This document shows, piece by piece, positions 53,501-64,000 of a stretch of 64,000 bases of DNA. Location of the stretch: assembly GCA_964016885.1 (NCBI GenBank), contig OZ024741.1:73470001-73534000 (forward strand), in the 5' to 3' direction. The position numbers were made by a program, and so were the translations under genes. Under the pieces are notes generated by a model that did no database searches, was not told where the DNA came from, and saw only the letters and a list, made by a program, of their open reading frames with translations. Every line of letters starts with the position of its first letter. Position 1 is the stretch's first letter. This DNA is from Eledone cirrhosa. Taxonomy: Eukaryota.

Positions 53501-56500
53501 TAGCTGAAGACACTCCCTTTTTAACTAAAGACACTGCCTCGCTAACTAAAGACACTCCAATGTTAGCTGAAGACACGTCCTGATTAACTAAAGACAGTGC
53601 CTCGCTAACTAGAGACACTCCAATGTTAGCTGAAGACACTCCCTGGTTAACTAAAGACACTGCCTCGCTAACTAGAGACACTCCAATGTTAGCTGAAGAC
53701 ACTCCCTGGTTAACTAAAGACACTGTCTCGCTAACTAGAGACACTCCAATGTTAGCTCAAGACACTCCCTGATTAACTAAAGACACTGCCTCGCTAACTA
53801 GAGACACTCCAATGTTAGCTGAAGACACTCCCTGGTTAACTAAAGACACTGCCTCGCTAAATAGAGACACTCCAATGTTAGCTGAAGACACTGCCTGGTT
53901 AACTAAAGACACTGCCTCGCTAACTAGAGACACTCCAATGTTAGCTGAAGACACTCCCTGGTTAACTAAAGACACTGCCTCGCTAACTAGAGACGCTCCA
54001 ATGTTAGCTGAAGACACTCCCTGGTTAACTAAAGACACTGCCTCGCTAACTAGAGACACTCCAATGTTAGCTGAAAACACTCCCTGGTTAACTAAAGACA
54101 CTGTCTCGCTAACTAGAGACACTCCAATGTTAGCTCAAGACACTCCCTGGTTAACTAAAGACACTGCCTCGCTAACTAGAGGCACTCCAATGTTAGCTGC
54201 AGAGACTCCCTGGTTAACTAAATACACTGCCTCGCTAACTAGAGACACTCCAATATTAGCTGAAGACACTCCCTGGTTAGCTAAAGACACTGCCTCGCTA
54301 ACTAGAGGCACTCCAATGTTAGCTGAAGACACTCCCTGGTTAACTAAAGACACTGCCTCGCTAATTAAAGACACTCCAATGTTAGCTGAAGACACTGCCT
54401 GGTTAACTAAAGTCACTGCCTCGCTAAATAGAGACACTCCAATGTTAGCTGAAGACACTCCCTAGTTAACTAAAGACACTGCCTCGCTAACTAGAGACAC
54501 TCCAATGTTAGCTGAAGACACTGCCTGGTTAACTAAAGACACTGCCTCGCTAACTAGAGACACTCCAATGTTAGCTGAAGACACTCCCTGGTTAACTAAA
54601 GACACTGCCTCGCTAACTAGAGACACTCCAATGTTAGCTGAAGACACTCCCTTGTTAACTAAAGACATTACCTCGCTAACTAGAGACACTCCAATGTTAG
54701 CTGAAGAGACTCCCTGGTTAACTAAAGACATTACCTCGCTAACTAGAGACACTCCAATGTTAGCTGAAGAGACTCCCTGGTTAACTAAAGACACTGCCTC
54801 GCTAACTAGAGACACTCCAATGTTAGCTGAAGACACTCCCTGGTTAACTAAAGACACTGCCTCGCTAACTAGAGACACTCCAATGTTAGCTGAAGACACT
54901 CCCTGGTTAACTAAAGACACTGCCTCGCTAACTAGAGACACTCAAATGTTAGCTGAAGACACTCCCTGGTTAACTAAAGACACTGCCTCGCTAACTAGAG
55001 GCACTCCAATGTTAGCTGAAGACACTCCCTGGTTAACTAAAGACACTGCCTCGCTAACTAGAGACACTCCAATGTTAGCTGAAGACACTCCCTGGTTAAC
55101 TAAAGACACTGCCTCGCTAACTAGAGACACTCCAATGTTAGCTGAAGACACTCCCTGGTTAACTAAAGACACTGCCTCGCTAACTAGAGACACTCCAATG
55201 TTAGCTGAAGACACTCCCTGGTTAACTACAGACACTGCCTCGCTAACTAGAGACACTCCAATGTTAGCTGAAGACACTCCCTGGTTAACTAAAGACACTG
55301 CCTCGCTAACTAGAGACACTCCAATGTTAGCTGATGACACTCCCTGGTTAACTAAAGACATTGCCTAGCTAACTAGAGACACTCCAATGTTAGCTGAAGA
55401 CACTCCCTGGTTAACTAAAGACACTGCCTCGCTAACTAGAGACACTCCAATGTTAGCTGAAGACACTCCCTGGTTAACTAAAGACACTGCCTCGCTAACT
55501 AGAGACACTCCAATGTTAGCTGATGACACTCCCTGGTTAACTAAAGACACTGCCTCGCTAACTAGAGACACTCCAATGTTAGCTGAAGACACTCCCTGGT
55601 TAACTAAAGACACTGCCTTGCTAACTAGAGACACTCCAATGTTAGCTGAAGACACTCCCTGGTTAACTAAAGACACTGCCTCGCTAACTAGAGACACTCC
55701 AATGTTAGCTGAAGACACTCCCTGGTTAACTAAAGACACTGCCTCGCTAACTAGAGATACTCCACTGTTAGCTGAAGACACTCCCTGGTAAACTAAAGAC
55801 ACTGCCTCGCTAACTAGAGACACTCCAATGTTAGCTGAAGACACTCCCTGGTTAACTAAAGACACTGCCTCGCTAACTAGAGACACTCCAATGTTAGCTG
55901 AAGACACTCGCTGGTTAACTAAAGACACTGCCTCGCTAACTAGAGACACTCCAATGTTAGCTGAAGACACTCCCTGGTTAACTAAAGACATTACCTCGCT
56001 AACTAGAGACACTCCAATGTTAGCTGAAGAGACTCCCTGGTTAACTAAAGACATTACCTCGCTAACTAGAGACACTCCAATGTTAGCTGAAGAGACTCCC
56101 TGGTTAACTAAAGAAACTGCCTCGCTAACTAGAGACACTCCAATGTTAGCTGAAGACACTCGCTGGTTAACTAAAGACACTGCCTCGCTAACTAGAGACA
56201 CTCCACTGTTAGCTGAAGACACTCCCTGGTAAACTAAAGACACTGCCTCGCTAACTAGAGACACTCCAATGTTAGCTGAAGACACTCCCTGGTTAACTAA
56301 AGACACTGCCTCGCTAACTAGAGACACTCCAATGTTAGCTGAAGACACTCGCTGGTTAACTAAAGACACTGCCTCGCTAACTAGAGACACTCCAATGTTA
56401 GCTGAAGACACTCCCTGGTTAACTAAAGACATTACCTCGCTAACTAGAGACACTCCAATGTTAGCTGAAGAGACTCCCTGGTTAACTAAAGACATTACCT

Positions 56501-59500
56501 CGCTAACTAGAGACACTCCAATGTTAGCTGAAGAGACTCCCTGGTTAACTAAAGACACTGCCTCGCTAACTAGAGACACTCCAATGTTAGCTGAAGACAC
56601 TCCCTGGTTAACTAAAGACACTGCCTCGCTAACTAGAGACACTCCAATGTTAGCTGAAGACACTCCCTGGTTAACTAAAGACACTGCCTCGCTAACTAGA
56701 GACACTCAAATGTTAGCTGAAGACACTCCCTGGTTAACTAAAGACACTGCCTCGCTAACTAGAGACACTCCAATGTTAGCTGAAGACACTCCCTGGTTAA
56801 CTAAAGACACTGCCTCGCTAACTAGAGACACTCCAATGTTAGCTGAAGACACTCCCTGGTTAACTAAAGACACTGCCTCGCTAACTAGAGACACTCCAAT
56901 GTTAGCTGAAGACACTCCCTGGTTAACTAAAGACACTGCCTCGCTAACTAGAGACACTCCAATGTTAGCTGAAGACACTCCCTGGTTAACTAAAGACACT
57001 GCCTCGCTAACTAGAGACACTCCAATGTTAGCTGATGACACTCCCTGGTTAACTAAAGACACTGCCTCGCTAACTAGAGACACTCCAATGTTAGCTGAAG
57101 ACACTCCCTGGTTAACTAAAGACACTGCCTCGCTAACTAGAGACACTCCAATGTTAGCTGAAGACACTCCCTGGTTAACTAAAGACACTGCCTCGCTAAC
57201 TAGAGACACTCCAATGTTAGCTGATGACACTCCCTGGTTAACTAAAGACACTGCCTCGCTAACTAGAGACACTCCAATGTTAGCTGAAGACACTCCCTGG
57301 TTAACTAAAGACACTGCCTTGCTAACTAGAGACACTCCAATGTTAGCTGAAGACACTCCCTGGTTAACTAAAGACACTGCCTCGCTAACTAGAGACACTC
57401 CAATGTTAGCTGAAGACACTCCCTGGTTAACTAAAGACACTGCCTCGCTAACTAGAGACACTCCAATATTAGTTGAAGACACTCCCTGGTTAACTAAAGA
57501 CACTGCCTCGCTAACTAGAGACACTCCAATGTTAGCTGAAGACACTCCCTGGTTAACTAAAGACACTGCCTCGCTAACTAGAGACACTCCAATATTAGTT
57601 GAAGACACTCCCTGGTTAACTAAAGACACTGTCTCGCTAACTAGAGACACTCCAATGTTAGCTGAAGACACTCCGTGGTTAACTAAAGACACTGCTTCGC
57701 TAACTAGAGACACTCCAATGTTAGCTGAAGACACTCCCCGGTTAACTAAAGACACTGCCTCGCTAACTAGAGTCACTCCAATGTTAGCTGAAGACACTCT
57801 CTGGTTAACTAAAGACACTGCCTCGCTAACTAGAGACACTCAAATGTTAGCTGAAGACACTCTCTGGTTAACTAATGACACTGTCTCGCTAACTAGAGAC
57901 ACTCCAATGTTAGCTGAAGACACTCTCTGGTTAACTAAAGACACTGCCTCGCTAACTAGAGACACTCCAATGTTAGCTGAAGACACTCTCTGGTTAACTA
58001 AAGACACTGCCTCGCTAACTAGAGACACTCCAATGTTAGCTGAAGACACTCCCTGGTTAACTAAAGACACTGTCTCGCTAACTAGAAACACTCCAATGTT
58101 AGCTGAAGACACTCCCTGGTTAACTACAGACACTGTCTCGCTAACTAGAGACACTGCAAAGTTAGCTTAAGACACTCTCTGGTTAAATAAAGACACTGTC
58201 TCGCTAACTAGAGACACTCCAATGTTAGCTGAAGACACTCTCTGGTTAACTAAAGACACTGCCTCGCTAACTAGAGACACTCCAATGTTAGCTGAAGACA
58301 CTCGCTGGTTAACTAAATACACTGCCTCGCTAACTAGAGACACTCCAATGTTAGCTGAAGACACTCTCTGGTTAACTAAAGACACTGCCTCGCTAACTAG
58401 AGACACTCCAATGTTAGCTGAAGACACTCCCTGGTTAACTAAAGACACTGTCTCGCTAACTAGAGACACTCCAATGTTAGCTGAAGACACTCTCTGGTTA
58501 ACTAAAGACACTGCCTCGCTAACTAGAGACACTCCAATGTTAGGTGAAGACACTCCCTCGTTAATTAAAGACACTGCCTCGCTAACTAGAGACACTCCAA
58601 TGTTAGCTGAAGACACTCCCTTTTTAACTAAAGACACTGCCTCGCTAACTAAAGACACTCCAATGTTAGCTGAAGACACGTCCTGATTAACTAAAGACAG
58701 TGCCTCGCTAACTAGAGACACTCCAATGTTAGCTGAAGACACTCCCTGGTTAACTAAAGACACTGCCTCGCTAACTAGAGACACTCCAATGTTAGCTGAA
58801 GACACTCCCTGGTTAACTAAAGACACTGTCTCGCTAACTAGAGACACTCCAATGTTAGCTCAAGACACTCCCTGATTAACTAAAGACACTGCCTCGCTAA
58901 CTAGAGACACTCCAATGTTAGCTGAAGACACTCCCTGGTTAACTAAAGACACTGCCTCGCTAAATAGAGACACTCCAATGTTAGCTGAAGACACTGCCTG
59001 GTTAACTAAAGACACTGCCTCGCTAACTAGAGACACTCCAATGTTAGCTGAAGACACTCCCTGGTTAACTAAAGACACTGCCTCGCTAACTAGAGACGCT
59101 CCAATGTTAGCTGAAGACACTCCCTGGTTAACTAAAGACACTGCCTCGCTAACTAGAGACACTCCAATGTTAGCTGAAAACACTCCCTGGTTAACTAAAG
59201 ACACTGTCTCGCTAACTAGAGACACTCCAATGTTAGCTCAAGACACTCCCTGGTTAACTAAAGACACTGCCTCGCTAACTAGAGGCACTCCAATGTTAGC
59301 TGCAGAGACTCCCTGGTTAACTAAATACACTGCCTCGCTAACTAGAGACACTCCAATATTAGCTGAAGACACTCCCTGGTTAGCTAAAGACACTGCCTCG
59401 CTAACTAGAGGCACTCCAATGTTAGCTGAAGACACTCCCTGGTTAACTAAAGACACTGCCTCGCTAATTAAAGACACTCCAATGTTAGCTGAAGACACTG

Positions 59501-62500
59501 CCTGGTTAACTAAAGTCACTGCCTCGCTAAATAGAGACACTCCAATGTTAGCTGAAGACACTCCCTAGTTAACTAAAGACACTGCCTCGCTAACTAGAGA
59601 CACTCCAATGTTAGCTGAAGACACTGCCTGGTTAACTAAAGACACTGCCTCGCTAACTAGAGACACTCCAATGTTAGCTGAAGACACTCCCTGGTTAACT
59701 AAAGACACTGCCTCGCTAACTAGAGACACTCCAATGTTAGCTGAAGACACTCCCTTGTTAACTAAAGACATTACCTCGCTAACTAGAGACACTCCAATGT
59801 TAGCTGAAGAGACTCCCTGGTTAACTAAAGACATTACCTCGCTAACTAGAGACACTCCAATGTTAGCTGAAGAGACTCCCTGGTTAACTAAAGACACTGC
59901 CTCGCTAAATAGAGACACTCCAATGTTAGCTGAAGACACTCCCTGGTTAACTAAAGACACTGCCTCGCTAACTAGAGACACTCCAATGTTAGCTGAAGAC
60001 ACTCTCTGGTTAACTAAAGACACTGCCTCGCTAACTAGAGACACTCAAATGTTAGCTGAAGACACTCCCTGGTTAACTAAAGACACTGCCTCGCTAACTA
60101 GAGGCACTCCAATGTTAGCTGAAGACACTCCCTGGTTAACTAAAGACACTGCCTCGCTAACTAGAGACACTCCAATGTTAGCTGAAGACACTCCCTGGTT
60201 AACTAAAGACACTGCCTCGCTAACTAGAGACACTCCAATGTTAGCTGAAGACACTCCCTGGTTAACTAAAGACACTGCCTCGCTAACTAGAGACACTCCA
60301 ATGTTAGCTGAAGACACTCCCTGGTTAACTACAGACACTGCCTCGCTAACTAGAGACACTCCAATGTTAGCTGAAGACACTCCCTGGTTAACTAAAGACA
60401 CTGCCTCGCTAACTAGAGACACTCCAATGTTAGCTGATGACACTCCCTGGTTAACTAAAGACATTGCCTAGCTAACTAGAGACACTCCAATGTTAGCTGA
60501 AGACACTCCCTGGTTAACTAAAGACACTGCCTCGCTAACTAGAGACACTCCAATGTTAGCTGAAGACACTCCCTGGTTAACTAAAGACACTGCCTCGCTA
60601 ACTAGAGACACTCCAATGTTAGCTGATGACACTCCCTGGTTAACTAAAGACACTGCCTCGCTAACTAGAGACACTCCAATGTTAGCTGAAGACACTCCCT
60701 TTTTAACTAAAGACACTGCCTCGCTAACTAAAGACACTCCAATGTTAGCTGAAGACACGTCCTGATTAACTAAAGACAGTGCCTCGCTAACTAGAGACAC
60801 TCCAATGTTAGCTGAAGACACTCCCTGGTTAACTAAAGACACTGCCTCGCTAACTAGAGACACTCCAATGTTAGCTGAAGACACTCCCTGGTTAACTAAA
60901 GACACTGTCTCGCTAACTAGAGACACTCCAATGTTAGCTCAAGACACTCCCTGATTAACTAAAGACACTGCCTCGCTAACTAGAGACACTCCAATGTTAG
61001 CTGAAGACACTCCCTGGTTAACTAAAGACACTGCCTCGCTAAATAGAGACACTCCAATGTTAGCTGAAGACACTGCCTGGTTAACTAAAGACACTGCCTC
61101 GCTAACTAGAGACACTCCAATGTTAGCTGAAGACACTCCCTGGTTAACTAAAGACACTGCCTCGCTAACTAGAGACGCTCCAATGTTAGCTGAAGACACT
61201 CCCTGGTTAACTAAAGACACTGCCTCGCTAACTAGAGACACTCCAATGTTAGCTGAAAACACTCCCTGGTTAACTAAAGACACTGTCTCGCTAACTAGAG
61301 ACACTCCAATGTTAGCTCAAGACACTCCCTGGTTAACTAAAGACACTGCCTCGCTAACTAGAGGCACTCCAATGTTAGCTGCAGAGACTCCCTGGTTAAC
61401 TAAATACACTGCCTCGCTAACTAGAGACACTCCAATATTAGCTGAAGACACTCCCTGGTTAGCTAAAGACACTGCCTCGCTAACTAGAGGCACTCCAATG
61501 TTAGCTGAAGACACTCCCTGGTTAACTAAAGACACTGCCTCGCTAATTAAAGACACTCCAATGTTAGCTGAAGACACTGCCTGGTTAACTAAAGTCACTG
61601 CCTCGCTAAATAGAGACACTCCAATGTTAGCTGAAGACACTCCCTAGTTAACTAAAGACACTGCCTCGCTAACTAGAGACACTCCAATGTTAGCTGAAGA
61701 CACTGCCTGGTTAACTAAAGACACTGCCTCGCTAACTAGAGACACTCCAATGTTAGCTGAAGACACTCCCTGGTTAACTAAAGACACTGCCTCGCTAACT
61801 AGAGACACTCCAATGTTAGCTGAAGACACTCCCTTGTTAACTAAAGACATTACCTCGCTAACTAGAGACACTCCAATGTTAGCTGAAGAGACTCCCTGGT
61901 TAACTAAAGACATTACCTCGCTAACTAGAGACACTCCAATGTTAGCTGAAGAGACTCCCTGGTTAACTAAAGACACTGCCTCGCTAAATAGAGACACTCC
62001 AATGTTAGCTGAAGACACTCCCTGGTTAACTAAAGACACTGCCTCGCTAACTAGAGACACTCCAATGTTAGCTGAAGACACTCTCTGGTTAACTAAAGAC
62101 ACTGCCTCGCTAACTAGAGACACTCAAATGTTAGCTGAAGACACTCCCTGGTTAACTAAAGACACTGCCTCGCTAACTAGAGGCACTCCAATGTTAGCTG
62201 AAGACACTCCCTGGTTAACTAAAGACACTGCCTCGCTAACTAGAGACACTCCAATGTTAGCTGAAGACACTCCCTGGTTAACTAAAGACACTGCCTCGCT
62301 AACTAGAGACACTCCAATGTTAGCTGAAGACACTCCCTGGTTAACTAAAGACACTGCCTCGCTAACTAGAGACACTCCAATGTTAGCTGAAGACACTCCC
62401 TGGTTAACTACAGACACTGCCTCGCTAACTAGAGACACTCCAATGTTAGCTGAAGACACTCCCTGGTTAACTAAAGACACTGCCTCGCTAACTAGAGACA

Positions 62501-64000
62501 CTCCAATGTTAGCTGATGACACTCCCTGGTTAACTAAAGACATTGCCTAGCTAACTAGAGACACTCCAATGTTAGCTGAAGACACTCCCTGGTTAACTAA
62601 AGACACTGCCTCGCTAACTAGAGACACTCCAATGTTAGCTGAAGACACTCCCTGGTTAACTAAAGACACTGCCTCGCTAACTAGAGACACTCCAATGTTA
62701 GCTGATGACACTCCCTGGTTAACTAAAGACACTGCCTCGCTAACTAGAGACACTCCAATGTTAGCTGAAGACACTCCCTGGTTAACTAAAGACACTGCCT
62801 TGCTAACTAGAGACACTCCAATGTTAGCTGAAGACACTCCCTGGTTAACTAAAGACACTGCCTCGCTAACTAGAGACACTCCAATGTTAGCTGAAGACAC
62901 TCCCTGGTTAACTAAAGACACTGCCTCGCTAACTAGAGATACTCCACTGTTAGCTGAAGACACTCCCTGGTAAACTAAAGACACTGCCTCGCTAACTAGA
63001 GACACTCCAATGTTAGCTGAAGACACTCCCTGGTTAACTAAAGACACTGCCTCGCTAACTAGAGACACTCCAATGTTAGCTGAAGACACTCGCTGGTTAA
63101 CTAAAGACACTGCCTCGCTAACTAGAGACACTCCAATGTTAGCTGAAGACACTCCCTGGTTAACTAAAGACATTACCTCGCTAACTAGAGACACTCCAAT
63201 GTTAGCTGAAGAGACTCCCTGGTTAACTAAAGACATTACCTCGCTAACTAGAGACACTCCAATGTTAGCTGAAGAGACTCCCTGGTTAACTAAAGAAACT
63301 GCCTCGCTAACTAGAGACACTCCAATGTTAGCTGAAGACACTCGCTGGTTAACTAAAGACACTGCCTCGCTAACTAGAGACACTCCACTGTTAGCTGAAG
63401 ACACTCCCTGGTAAACTAAAGACACTGCCTCGCTAACTAGAGACACTCCAATGTTAGCTGAAGACACTCCCTGGTTAACTAAAGACACTGCCTCGCTAAC
63501 TAGAGACACTCCAATGTTAGCTGAAGACACTCGCTGGTTAACTAAAGACACTGCCTCGCTAACTAGAGACACTCCAATGTTAGCTGAAGACACTCCCTGG
63601 TTAACTAAAGACATTACCTCGCTAACTAGAGACACTCCAATGTTAGCTGAAGAGACTCCCTGGTTAACTAAAGACATTACCTCGCTAACTAGAGACACTC
63701 CAATGTTAGCTGAAGAGACTCCCTGGTTAACTAAAGACACTGCCTCGCTAACTAGAGACACTCCAATGTTAGCTGAAGACACTCCCTGGTTAACTAAAGA
63801 CACTGCCTCGCTAACTAGAGACACTCCAATGTTAGCTGAAGACACTCCCTGGTTAACTAAAGACACTGCCTCGCTAACTAGAGACACTCAAATGTTAGCT
63901 GAAGACACTCCCTGGTTAACTAAAGACACTGCCTCGCTAACTAGAGGCACTCCAATGTTAGCTGAAAACACTCCCTGGTTAACTAAAGACACTGCCTCGC
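8515..64000. repeat. 63-bp tandem satellite (~880 units; 3 x 21-bp subunits), continues beyond the window
   Basis: Consensus GACACTCCAATGTTAGCTGAA-GACACTCCCTGGTTAACTAAA-GACACTGCCTCGCTAACTAGA repeats head-to-tail, usually with 0-3 substitutions per unit. ORF-track starts stay in 63-bp phase. Confidence 0.99.

Noticed and set aside
8648-63900. Giant repetitive protein gene(s) suggested by the ORF track
   Set aside because: Frequent in-frame stops copied along with DNA blocks, frameshifts, mainly non-synonymous variation, and no unique N- or C-terminal domain. The open frames follow from a 63-bp stop-free unit.
8515-64000. CRISPR array or other repeat-spacer system
   Set aside because: There are no unique spacers. 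All sequence is the same 63-mer with point variants, there are no cas-like genes, and the context is eukaryotic.
8515-64000. Tandem C2H2 zinc-finger gene array
   Set aside because: The period is 63/21 bp rather than 84 bp, and there is no Cys/His pattern in the open frames.

Overview
Eukaryotic, repeat-only window with no intact host gene. A SINE fragment and the microsatellite landscape suggest an octopus or other coleoid mollusc (inference). Bases 1-8.3 kb are AT-rich, microsatellite-studded DNA packed with mobile-element remnants. These are a Penelope-like GIY-YIG fragment with an inverted arm, several hammerhead-ribozyme-like motifs, a 3' RTE LINE fragment, a ~0.65 kb bipartite RTE-derived element, a young 5'-truncated Tx1/L1-clade LINE inside a (TATC)n tract, a truncated SINE with a 17-bp TSD and a hAT MITE. 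From ~8.5 kb to the window end is one uninterrupted satellite of ~880 copies of a 63-bp unit built from three 21-bp subunits. It has a degenerate left edge, almost no indels and irregular multi-kb higher-order duplications. The many repetitive ORFs in the ORF track are a by-product of this satellite and are not called as genes.
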